Below the pieces are notes generated by a model, which saw nothing but the letters and a program-made list of their open reading frames with translations, had not been told where the DNA came from and did not search any database. From a candidate division FCPU426 bacterium (GTDB lineage: Bacteria; Oederibacteriota; Muellerivitia; Muellerivitales; Muellerivitaceae), in assembly GCA_963847625.1 (NCBI GenBank), contig CAWKAR010000033.1, positions 32,001 through 96,000 of the forward strand: a stretch of 64,000 nucleotides of DNA, written 5' to 3'. Of this stretch, positions 8,738 to 17,563 are shown piece after piece. The translations under genes were made by a program, and so were the position numbers. The first letter of the stretch is position 1, and every line of letters begins with the position of its first letter.

Positions 8738-9424
8738 TCACATGTGGTGGACTACCACGCAGGCCACCTTGCCGATAAGCCAAAAGAAAGCCACAACGAC
8801 GAAAAGTTGAAACAAGAACGTAAATCCTGCGATCAGCGCTTTCCTGGTCTTCAGACCCAATTCAGCGGCATGACTTAAACTGCGCTGTTCCGGTGTTAAG
8901 CCTCCCTCATTTTTACCTGGAGCCCCTGATTCACCACTCCCCACCTGTCCCGGGCTTTGTCGAGGAGCCTGCCCCGAGCTTAGTCGAGGGGTTATTTTTT
9001 TGTCCGACCGCGTCTTTCTTTTGATCCGGGAGGGATCAAAATCCTTGGCCGGTTTTCCGCTTAAAATATGGTCCACGAGACCCATGATTTTCCTGGTTTT
9101 TAAACGGTGGGCGAGAACCATATCCAAAGCCTCATGGAATACCCTGCGAAAGTCATCCACCCGGCCTATCAATCCCGCCAGGGCAAGGGCGCATCTGGAG
9201 GAGAGTTTATAGCTGGGCGTGCCCTTGGCCGCCCTGCGGACTTTATCGATTGCCGGTGGGTCGAAACAGTTTTTAAGGTTTAGAAGGTCCGTGATTTGGC
9301 TGTCACTTAGTTTCAAGGCTTGTTTCAGTTCAGGCCTTGGAGCGGAGTAGCGTCCTTTAAGTTGGGCATTCAAGTCCGCAACCTGTTTGAGCCATTTCAT
9401 GGGGTCTTTTTTAGATTCAGGCAT
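8738..9424 (-). CDS. Hypothetical protein with ParB/Spo0J-like HTH region and C-terminal TM helix
   Basis: AAGGAG RBS. ELKQALKLSDSQITDLLNL, KLSSRCALALAGL and VLAHRLKTRKIMGLV resemble the ParB DNA-binding domain; hydrophobic LIAGFTFLFQLFVVVAFFWLIG. Confidence 0.6.
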   Translation of the reverse strand: MPESKKDPMKWLKQVADLNAQLKGRYSAPRPELKQALKLSDSQITDLLNLKNCFDPPAIDKVRRAAKGTPSYKLSSRCALALAGLIGRVDDFRRVFHEALDMVLAHRLKTRKIMGLVDHILSGKPAKDFDPSRIKRKTRSDKKITPRLSSGQAPRQSPGQVGSGESGAPGKNEGGLTPEQRSLSHAAELGLKTRKALIAGFTFLFQLFVVVAFFWLIGKVACVVVHHM

Positions 9425-9564
9425 ATATGACTCCTTTGAAATATATTTAACCGCCTATGCCGCTGTGGCAAGGTCACAAACCGGGTCACATAAATCGATG
9501 TTTTTTATCGCCCTTGGGCCGAAGGCCCAACGGGTGTGTGTGTTGATACACATAAAGGCACCAA

Positions 9565-10127
9565 TGCCGACGGGTGTCACCGGAAATGTGGGCAGTTTAT
9601 CTCCCCCTGCCGGTAGATGACACCGGGTATGAGGGCAGTTTATCCTCCCTTTCCGACGGGTGCCGACGGAAATGTGGGCAGTTTATCTCCCATACCGGCA
9701 GATGTTACTGGGAATATGGGCAGTTTATCTCCCCCTGCCGGTAAATGACACCGGGAATGTGGGCAGTTTATCCTCCCTACCGGCAGATGTTACCGGGTTT
9801 GTGGGCAGTTTATCTCCCCTGCCGGGAGATGTTACCGGGTTTGTGGGCAGTTTATCTCTCCCTGCCGGCAGATGTTACCGGGAATGTGGGCAGTTTATCC
9901 TCCCTTGCCGGCAGATGTTTACCGGGAATGTGGGCACTTTATCTCCCTTTGCCGGTAAATGACACTAGGAATGTGGGCAGTTTATCCCCCTTACCGGCAG
10001 ATGTTTACCGGGAATGTGGGCACTTTATCTCCCTTTGCCGGTAAATGACACTAGGTATGTGGGCAGTTTATCCCCCTGCCGGCAGATGTTTACCGGGAAT
10101 GTGGGCAGTTTATCTCCCCTGCCGGCA
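9565..10127. repeat. Tandem array of 13 x ~43-bp imperfect units
   Basis: Consensus ACCGGGAATGTGGGCAGTTTATCTCCCCTGCCGGCAGATGTT; core GGGCA(G/C)TTTATC occurs 13 times from 9590 to 10103. Confidence 0.97.
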
Positions 10128-10139
10128 TGGTCCATAAGC

Positions 10140-12248
10140 TTACTTCTGGCCTAAAAGCTCCAGCATTTTATGGGGGTCAGAGGTGGGCAATTGGCATTGG
10201 TAATTCCGGCAGACATAGGCGGTGGCTTTCCCGCCCTGGGAAGGGCGGTTTTCCACCCAAGGGACCAGGGGAGCCAGTTCCCGGGCCTGGTTTTCCCCGC
10301 AGGAAACCAGCACCTTGTGGGGAAGGAAGGCTTTCCAAACGGCTTGGAGGAGGTCCTGGGCCCGGTCCCCCGCCACAAGAATCTCGGCCGGGGAGCTTGC
10401 GGCAAACTGGAGGGCCTGGAGCATCTGGGGGTAGATATGGGAGGACTTGGCCAAGTGGCCTGAGAAGCACTTGATCACCGCGTCCGCGTCGTCCCGGATG
10501 TCCTTGCGGCTGGTGAATTCCGCCAAACGGTAAAAAGTAAGGGCGGCCAGGGAATTGCCCGAGGGGATGGCCCCGTCATGGGCCTCCTTGAGCCGGGTCA
10601 AGAGCCGGTGGGCGTCCTTCTGGTCCGAGCCCGTGAAAAAGAAGCCGCCTTCCTTTTCATCCCAAAAGAGCCTCTTCATCTCGTTGCGGAGCCTGAGGGC
10701 TTCCTCCAGGTATGGCTTCTTGAAGGTGCTCTCGAAGAGGTCCAATTGGGCGGCCTGGAAAAAGGCGTAATCGTCAAGGAATCCTTCTACTGCCGCCGGG
10801 CCTCCCCGGTAGGAAACCAACAAACGCCCGTTTCGAACCAGGTTCTTGGCCAGGAAACCGCACGCTTTCTCAGCCGCTTCCAGGTAGGCCTTGTCCCCAA
10901 GCACCTGGTAGGCGTATGCCAGGGAGGAAATCAAAAGGCTGTTCCAGGAAAGAAGGATCTTGTCGTCCCGGTGGGGCCGGATGCGTTTGGACCGGGCCTG
11001 GAGGACCTTTTCCCTCGCGCCCCGCCACCAGGCTTCGTCCTTGCCCAGGTTTTTCAAGGCCGAGGGCAGGTCCGCGTTTAAATGAAGGATGTTATGTCCC
11101 TCGAAGTTCCCCGCCGCGGTCACCCCGTACAAAGAACAAAAGGCCTCGCCGTCTTTTTCCCCGAGGATCTTCCTCAACTCGGCCGGTTTCCAAATATAGA
11201 ACTTTCCTTCCACGCCCTCGCTGTCCGCGTCCTCGGCGCTGTAAAAACCGCCCGAGGGGTCGGCCATGTCCCGGAAGAGATAATCGAAAATATCGCGGGC
11301 AATCCTGGCGTATTCCCCCTTGCCGGTCGCCTGGAAACCCTCCAGGTAGGCGCGGGCGAGCAAGGCGTTGTCGTAAAGCATCTTCTCGAAATGGGGCACC
11401 AGCCATTGCTCGTCAGTGGAGTAGCGGGCAAATCCCCCGCCGACCTGGTCGTAGATGCCGCCCTGGGACATCTTGTCCAGGGTCAGTTCCACCGTGGAAA
11501 GAAGGGAGGGGTCTTTCCCGCCAAGCCACGCCCGTTGGAGCAGGCCCAGGATCATGGATTGGGGGAACTTGGGCGCGCTTCCGAAGCCGCCTTCCTTGGG
11601 GTCGAAGATGCGGGTGAAGGCTTGGATGGCGTCGTTGATAGCTTTTTCCCCTAAGGGCTGGTCTGGGGCCTTTAACACAGTGGGCGAAATCATTCCAGCC
11701 AATTGCCTGCCGGCTTTTTCCGCTTCCTCGGGTTTTTCCCTCCAAACGCGGGCCACGTCATTCAGGACGGCGGGGAATCCCGGCCGTCCGTAGCGCTCGT
11801 CGGGGGGGAAATAGGTCCCCCCGTAGAAGGGCCGCAGGTCGGGGGTCAGGAACACGTTGAGAGGCCAGCCCCCCTGGCCGGTCATAACGATGACCGCGTC
11901 CATGTATATCTTGTCCACGTCGGGCCGCTCTTCCCGGTCCACCTTGACGCACACGAAAAGCTCGTTCAAAAGCCGGGCGATATCCGCGTTCTCGAAGCAT
12001 TCCCTTTCCATGACGTGGCACCAGTGGCAGGTGGAATAGCCGATGGAAAGGAACAGAGGCTTGTTTTCCCGCTTGGCCTTCCCGAAAGCCTCCTCGCCCC
12101 AGGGAAACCAATCCACGGGATTGTGGGCGTGCTGGAGAAGGTAGGGGCTTTTCTCTTGGATGAGCCGGTTGGAGGGCCCGGGTGGCGTAGGTTTGTGCAA
12201 ATACATGGCCATGGTTTCCATCTTGCCGAAAAGGGGATGGGGAATCAA
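10140..12248 (-). CDS. Thioredoxin domain-containing protein (YyaL/DUF255 family)
   Basis: [43 protein letters not shown] and [12 protein letters not shown]; the true start may be a few codons downstream. Confidence 0.95.
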   Translation of the reverse strand: MIPHPLFGKMETMAMYLHKPTPPGPSNRLIQEKSPYLLQHAHNPVDWFPWGEEAFGKAKRENKPLFLSIGYSTCHWCHVMERECFENADIARLLNELFVCVKVDREERPDVDKIYMDAVIVMTGQGGWPLNVFLTPDLRPFYGGTYFPPDERYGRPGFPAVLNDVARVWREKPEEAEKAGRQLAGMISPTVLKAPDQPLGEKAINDAIQAFTRIFDPKEGGFGSAPKFPQSMILGLLQRAWLGGKDPSLLSTVELTLDKMSQGGIYDQVGGGFARYSTDEQWLVPHFEKMLYDNALLARAYLEGFQATGKGEYARIARDIFDYLFRDMADPSGGFYSAEDADSEGVEGKFYIWKPAELRKILGEKDGEAFCSLYGVTAAGNFEGHNILHLNADLPSALKNLGKDEAWWRGAREKVLQARSKRIRPHRDDKILLSWNSLLISSLAYAYQVLGDKAYLEAAEKACGFLAKNLVRNGRLLVSYRGGPAAVEGFLDDYAFFQAAQLDLFESTFKKPYLEEALRLRNEMKRLFWDEKEGGFFFTGSDQKDAHRLLTRLKEAHDGAIPSGNSLAALTFYRLAEFTSRKDIRDDADAVIKCFSGHLAKSSHIYPQMLQALQFAASSPAEILVAGDRAQDLLQAVWKAFLPHKVLVSCGENQARELAPLVPWVENRPSQGGKATAYVCRNYQCQLPTSDPHKMLELLGQK

Positions 12249-12324
12249 CGTTTTCTATTAACTAGCGCCCATTTATCCACGGGGGCGGTGAACTTTCAAC
12301 CCCAAAAAGGGGTTATTAGCCGGG

Positions 12325-12735
12325 TTAATGAACTCCGCGCAATACTTCCAGGAAATCAGCCGGTGACAAAACCCGCACCTTGCCAGCAGCGTTTTGGGGA
12401 AAATCCTTCTTGTTGCCGGTCACTAGATAGTCGGCTTCCGCACCCAAGGCGACTTCCAGGAAGGCTTCGTCGGTTTTATCCGGCAGGCGCTTACTCAAGG
12501 GAAGGGCCGGGGTAATAAGACCCCTGGCTTCGATGATGGAGAGAAGGTGGCTTGTTTCGGACGGATTAAAGCCGAATTTCGGCCGGGCCAACACCTCCTG
12601 GTATTCCAGGAGGATCCTGGCGTCGAAGCAAACCCGGAAATGTTTGGCCACCGCCATTTGGAGAATGGTTCCGGAAGGGCCCTCCGGCTTCAGCAACCCG
12701 GATACCAGGATGTTGGTGTCGAGGACGACCTTCAT
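12325..12735 (-). CDS. PIN-domain toxin (VapC-like)
   Basis: VVLDTNILVSG, EYQEVL, DEAFLEVA and LVTGNKKDF motifs. Confidence 0.9.
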   Translation of the reverse strand: MKVVLDTNILVSGLLKPEGPSGTILQMAVAKHFRVCFDARILLEYQEVLARPKFGFNPSETSHLLSIIEARGLITPALPLSKRLPDKTDEAFLEVALGAEADYLVTGNKKDFPQNAAGKVRVLSPADFLEVLRGVH

Positions 12736-13019
12736 CCGCGGAGATTCCGCCGGACCTTGCGGATTTCGTGCTGGATTTCAAGGTCCGTCATCTTCGACCT
12801 TCCGGATTCCACCGAGGCTTTCTGGATTTTTACCACGGCGCGCAAGGCCCGCAATTCCCGGGCCTGGTCCAGGCGCTCCTCAAGGCTCTGCTCGTCGGCG
12901 GAGGTCAGGATGGCAACGGGTTTCCCGTTGTTGGTGACGACCAGATCGGTTTCCTTTTTCAGGTCTTTCCAGACCTTGGAAGGGCGCGTTCTTAATTCGC
13001 GGATGGTGATCATTTTCAT
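12732..13019 (-). CDS. Phd/YefM-like antitoxin
   Basis: ITIRELR...VVTNNGKPVAIL; 4-bp overlap with the PIN gene. Confidence 0.88.
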   Translation of the reverse strand: MKMITIRELRTRPSKVWKDLKKETDLVVTNNGKPVAILTSADEQSLEERLDQARELRALRAVVKIQKASVESGRSKMTDLEIQHEIRKVRRNLRG

Positions 13020-13039
13020 GGCTGTCTCCTGTTACCCAA

Positions 13040-13068
13040 ATGGTACACGATTGGTCACCATAATTCAA
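13040..13068 (-). promoter_or_regulatory. Sigma70-like promoter of the second TA operon
   Basis: Minus strand reads TTGAAT-N17-TACCAT, followed by an AGGAGA RBS. Confidence 0.55.
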
Positions 13069-13373
13069 TCCGAGGCTGACTTGAGGACCAATATCCCGGA
13101 TGGCCCGAAAAGATGGGGGGATTCAATGGCTAATTCCGTTAAATCTAATGGGATTTCGTGAAGGTTTTATAATTCGGAGGATTTAAATAATGGAGATAAA
13201 ATCGTAGTGACCGTGAGGGTGAGCTTGTCCTGAGTGAAACGAAGGGAGTCCAGCCCGGGGACCCTTCGGGGACAAGAAAAAAACCATTTAGTTATAAAAT
13301 ATGAGGCGACGAAGAAAATCCCTTTTTAAGATAAGCGGTGTTTTAAAATGCCAATAGAGGAAACTTCTGAAAA

Positions 13374-14969
13374 ATGAAGCCCGAACATACCTGTGTTAAC
13401 CATCCGGGAGCGGAAATTGTCAGTTTCTGTCACCATTGCTACGACCGGCTCTGCAAAGATTGTGTTACAGAAGGTCCCGAACATTATTACTGCCGTAAAC
13501 CGGAATGCCTTAAAGCACTTGAAAGTGAAAAAATTTTTGCAACCCAAGAAAAATCCGAAAAACTAAATACCATCACCAGAAAAACCAAACCCAAAATCCG
13601 AACCTATGGGTATTCTTTTATTTGGACGGTTATCCTGTTGGCGATATATTTGGGTCTCTATTATATCCCGCTCCCAACTATTGGTTTTGCGAACCAATTG
13701 CCCCAATCAAAAGGCACAAATTTATCCGAATTTAATATTTTATCAATGGGTTGGATGCCAGTAGTTTCCGGTTTTATTTGGGTGGAGATTATTTCCCTTT
13801 TTTTAAAACCATTTCGCGGCTGGCGACTGGCGGGGATAACTGGAAGGGAAAAGCTCAATCAATGTGCCTGGGGTTTGTCATTTTTATTCGCTTTATTTCA
13901 GTCATTTGGAACCAATCACCTTGTTTTAGAAATTATGCATGAAAATATACCGTCTTTTTCTCCCCCAAATCCCTTACTCTTTCAAGTCCTTAATATTGTT
14001 TCATTAATGGGTGGGACATTTCTATGCGTGTGGATCGCCAGACTTATTACCCAAATTGGCGTGGGGAACGGATTCCTAATTATTTTTCTTTACGGCTGGA
14101 TCAAAAGTGTTCTCAATAATATTTTGCTTTCTTTTAATGATTTCCGAAAATTAAACCCAACAAGCAATGAGTTGTTTAGATTCTTTATGTTGATCATATT
14201 GATGTTAATTGCCCTTGTTTTTCTTTGGAAATTTATCCAAAAAGGGCCAAGGATTCCGGTAAAAATGGCTAATGGCAAAAGACTATGGTTTGAAATTTCC
14301 CCTTTGCCTATGAGTGTGGGTGTTTACATTTGGTCCCTTTCGATTATTTCAATTTGCACAATATTTCTTATCTATTTTAGGGCATATGGTGATGAACGAC
14401 TTTCGAATCTAATTTCAATGATGAAAGATGGTTGGTTACACATCGTCCTACTATGCATTTTATTGGCACTTTTTAGCTGGGTGTTTTACAACCTGTTTTA
14501 CAGCGAGATTGATGTTTTTGGAATTGGTATAGAAAACCTTCCGGGGCGCCTTCGAAAAAGGGAGATGATCTTAGATCACCAATTTTGGAAGGCTTTGGCT
14601 GTTCTTTTGGCCGGCACTATTCTTTTCAAGCTTCCGATTTGTTTTAATACGGGCTCTGATATGCGTATGGGAGATTTGATATTTTTCGTTCAAGCGTTCG
14701 TCGTGATTCAGGATATTTTGGCACAAATGAAATTTTGTAGGATTCATGGTCAAGGTGTGGAATTGTTGGAATTGGACAATGTACATTTAGCTAGTTACTT
14801 AAAGGGGCTTTTCCAAGTGGAAAAAATCCCCTGTCACATACAAGCCTATGGTTATCGTCGTCTCATGTTTATGTTTTCGCCTTTGTACAAGATGCGGCTG
14901 CTTGTTCCAGAGGAAGAAATCGATAGATCCAAAGTTCTTCTCTCGACAATCGATTTTAAGGTGGTTTGA
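13374..14969 (+). CDS. B-box zinc finger + divergent SecY-like membrane domain + DUF2007-like C-terminus
   Basis: CVNHP..FCHHC..LCKDC..YYCRKPEC; IPLP, ILSMGWMP, GREKLNQ and GGTFLCVWIARLITQIGVGNG (SecY-like); LASYLKGLFQVEKIPC..MRLLVPEEEIDRS. Confidence 0.75.
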   Translation: MKPEHTCVNHPGAEIVSFCHHCYDRLCKDCVTEGPEHYYCRKPECLKALESEKIFATQEKSEKLNTITRKTKPKIRTYGYSFIWTVILLAIYLGLYYIPLPTIGFANQLPQSKGTNLSEFNILSMGWMPVVSGFIWVEIISLFLKPFRGWRLAGITGREKLNQCAWGLSFLFALFQSFGTNHLVLEIMHENIPSFSPPNPLLFQVLNIVSLMGGTFLCVWIARLITQIGVGNGFLIIFLYGWIKSVLNNILLSFNDFRKLNPTSNELFRFFMLIILMLIALVFLWKFIQKGPRIPVKMANGKRLWFEISPLPMSVGVYIWSLSIISICTIFLIYFRAYGDERLSNLISMMKDGWLHIVLLCILLALFSWVFYNLFYSEIDVFGIGIENLPGRLRKREMILDHQFWKALAVLLAGTILFKLPICFNTGSDMRMGDLIFFVQAFVVIQDILAQMKFCRIHGQGVELLELDNVHLASYLKGLFQVEKIPCHIQAYGYRRLMFMFSPLYKMRLLVPEEEIDRSKVLLSTIDFKVV

Positions 14970-15044
14970 TTGTCCACCACGGGGAAACCATCGCACCGCA
15001 GCGATGGTTCGTTGCCGCCCCCGGCTTGGTTCAGGGGGATGAAA

Positions 15045-15791
15045 ATGAGCAAGGCCGAATGGCACGACAAATTTTTTTCAGGCATCTACACGAAGATGCT
15101 GGCTGGGCAGTACGACGAAGCCACCAACGTCCGGCAGGCCAAGGGTATCAAGCGCCTCTTGGGGTTGCGCAGGGGCCAGTCTGTCCTGGATATACCCTGC
15201 GGCCAGGGCCGCCTGACCATCCCCATGGCGCGCTTGGGCCTGGAGGCTTCGGGCCTCGACCGGCAGGCCTCCTATATCCGCATGGCGAAATCGGCTGAGA
15301 AGCGCAAAAAAGCCAAGGTGAATTTCATTGCCGGGGATATGCGGAATAACCCATTCACGGAAAGCTTCGATGGCCTATTTAATTGGTTCGGGAGTTTCGG
15401 CTATTTTTCCGACCGTGAGAACCAAAAAGTCATGGAGGGTTTTTACCGGGCCCTCAAGCCGGGCGGACGGCTTTTATTGGAGGGTATCAATAAGGATTTT
15501 ATCCTGAAAAACTTCAAACCGAGGATGGAGGTCAACGCGGGGGGCGTGCGGACACTCCATGAAAACCGTTGGTCCCCGCGCGACCAGCGCATTTATTCCC
15601 GCTGGAACTTCATCCTGGGCCGGAAAAAGGAAGTTCACGACATCCGTTTGCGTCTTTTCAATGCCCGCGACTTGAAACCAATGCTTCAACGCGCCGGCTT
15701 CGTGCAAGTCGGGTTTTTCGGGGACTTGAAGGGAAACCGGCTGGAAGCCTCCTCTCCCCGAATGATCGCGGTGGCCAGGAAAGGGTTGTAA
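15045..15791 (+). CDS. Class I SAM-dependent methyltransferase
   Basis: VLDIPCGQGR, GDMR, SFGYF and LKPGGRLLL motifs. Confidence 0.92.
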   Translation: MSKAEWHDKFFSGIYTKMLAGQYDEATNVRQAKGIKRLLGLRRGQSVLDIPCGQGRLTIPMARLGLEASGLDRQASYIRMAKSAEKRKKAKVNFIAGDMRNNPFTESFDGLFNWFGSFGYFSDRENQKVMEGFYRALKPGGRLLLEGINKDFILKNFKPRMEVNAGGVRTLHENRWSPRDQRIYSRWNFILGRKKEVHDIRLRLFNARDLKPMLQRAGFVQVGFFGDLKGNRLEASSPRMIAVARKGL

Positions 15792-15810
15792 ATCCCGCAT
15801 CCCTCCCGCC

Positions 15811-17394
15811 TTAATGGATGACCAAAACCTTCAGTTTCTCCCGGCTGAAATTCCCATTGGACTGCGTCTCATCCACCACAGCCAGGTAAAGCCCGCTGGC
15901 AATCCCTTTCGCGCACCAAACGCATTGGCTGGTACCCGGCGTCCCATTGATAGTTGCGACCAATTCGCCTGCCAGGGTATAAATCCTGGTTCGCAAGGTG
16001 GCGTTGATCTCCGGCACCTTGAAGGTGCAACAGCTTTGAGAAGCCTTGAGAATATTGGGAAGGGCTTTTACGGGTCCGACTCCGGGCAAGGGAGTGGAAG
16101 TCGGAGAGGGAGTGGAAGTCGGGGTCGGGGTGATTGTGAGGGTACAAGTGGGGCCGGGATATCCGCAGGGCGTGGGGGTCCAGGTGGGACAAGTGCCGGT
16201 ATTGCTGATGCTTGAGAGCCAGGTCGAAACCGGGGCCCCGTGGTAGGAAGTTTCTGGATATCCGCTGAAACTGGCGAGCAAGGACGGGCTGACATCGGGG
16301 CTGAAAGCCCAGGCCATGGCGGAATAAACGTAACTATTGGCATTAGTTCCGTTGAACCAATTCACCGCGTTATTGTCCCAAACGGCCCCGTCCGAGGAGG
16401 AAGCGCCGAATTCCTCGATGATGACCGCGTTGGTGGAAGTGGCGGCCGTGACGTTGGTATCCCAATTGCTGGAAGGGCCTTTGCTGGAATAGATATGGGA
16501 AGAATATAGAACGCCGTTTCCGCCCGGGGTGTCAGTCAGGGCGCAATTGTTGCCGCCGCAACTGGTACTGCCGCTGGCCACTCCCCGGAGGTCATAGGCC
16601 CAGTTGAGGCCGCCGGCCACCACGATGTTGTTGGCTCCCTCAGCCCGGATAGCCGTCAAGAGGGTTTGGAATCCCGGAGTATAGGAAGTCCCCGTGTAAG
16701 TGACGCCCCCGCTGACATAGGTCAAGGGGATGGAACCGCCGTTTCGCCATGCGTCCCAAGTGACGTTGTGGGGTTCGTTATAGAGGTCGAAAAGAACCGC
16801 CGGGTTGTTGGCGTAAAGGGAAGCCACCGAAGACCAAAAGGTGACGGAGTTCCAATCCGGCATCATTTGTTGGACCGTGGCCGAGCCCCATCCACTCCCG
16901 GAGCAGGGGGAAGTGGGTGAAGCAATGTTAGGAATGCCGGACCAGTGCAAATCCAGGTCCACGTAAGCGTTGTTTTGGGAGCAGTAATTAATGACCGCTT
17001 GCACCATGGACCGGTAGGCGGTGGGATCGGGCGTGCCTTTGGAATTGGAGCAACCGAACCAGAAATCCTGGTTGAGGGGAAACCGGATGATGTTGCAGTG
17101 CCAGGCCGTGACGGCCTCGGCCGCGATGGAGACATAATCGGTCATGGTCGTGCCGTTGATATTGGTCATAGGCGCTCCCGCTCCATTGTCCCCGGAAGGG
17201 CTGTATTCCAAGCCGGAAACATTCACTCCCCTTAAGCGCAGGGTGCAGCCTTCGCTCGTGACGATTTGGTTTACAGTTACCGAAAGGGAGAGGGAGTCCC
17301 CCAGCAATCTTTGTGGAATGAGGAAAGAGAGGGAAAGGAAAACACTATAAAAAAGAAGAGTTATTTTTGGGAAACACTCGAATGTTTTGATCAA
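15811..17394 (-). CDS. Secreted GH5 glycoside hydrolase with Thr/Pro linker and C-terminal CTD/FlgD-like domain
   Basis: LRGVNVSGLE, IIRFPL, LDLHW, FDLYNEPH (acid/base) and IIEEFG (nucleophile); tail IYTLAGELV..W..IASGLYL. Confidence 0.88.
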   Translation of the reverse strand: MIKTFECFPKITLLFYSVFLSLSFLIPQRLLGDSLSLSVTVNQIVTSEGCTLRLRGVNVSGLEYSPSGDNGAGAPMTNINGTTMTDYVSIAAEAVTAWHCNIIRFPLNQDFWFGCSNSKGTPDPTAYRSMVQAVINYCSQNNAYVDLDLHWSGIPNIASPTSPCSGSGWGSATVQQMMPDWNSVTFWSSVASLYANNPAVLFDLYNEPHNVTWDAWRNGGSIPLTYVSGGVTYTGTSYTPGFQTLLTAIRAEGANNIVVAGGLNWAYDLRGVASGSTSCGGNNCALTDTPGGNGVLYSSHIYSSKGPSSNWDTNVTAATSTNAVIIEEFGASSSDGAVWDNNAVNWFNGTNANSYVYSAMAWAFSPDVSPSLLASFSGYPETSYHGAPVSTWLSSISNTGTCPTWTPTPCGYPGPTCTLTITPTPTSTPSPTSTPLPGVGPVKALPNILKASQSCCTFKVPEINATLRTRIYTLAGELVATINGTPGTSQCVWCAKGIASGLYLAVVDETQSNGNFSREKLKVLVIH

Positions 17395-17563
17395 TTCAGC
17401 CTCTGGGGATGTTGTTCCTTATGAGAAAGGCGAGGAGGAATTATACGCTTCGCCAGGAAAACAAACCAATTAAGACCTTTATTTTCGGTCTTTTGTCAGT
17501 TTGGGCCGACGGTTGATTGCGAAAGGTTCTACGGACAAACTCGTTTTTGCCGTTAGGTTTAGT

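Noticed and set aside
9660..10044. ORFs within the tandem array
   Set aside because: Unit lengths of 42-44 bp shift frames; the translations are repeat artefacts.
9565..10127. CRISPR array
   Set aside because: Inter-core segments are homologous to each other rather than unique spacers, the period is only ~43 bp, and there are no cas genes in the window.
13215..13275. Hammerhead ribozyme (CTGAGTGAAAC)
   Set aside because: It does not fit the CUGAnGA...GAAA core with three stems; it matches the local CCTGAG..CGAAGG REP-like motif better.
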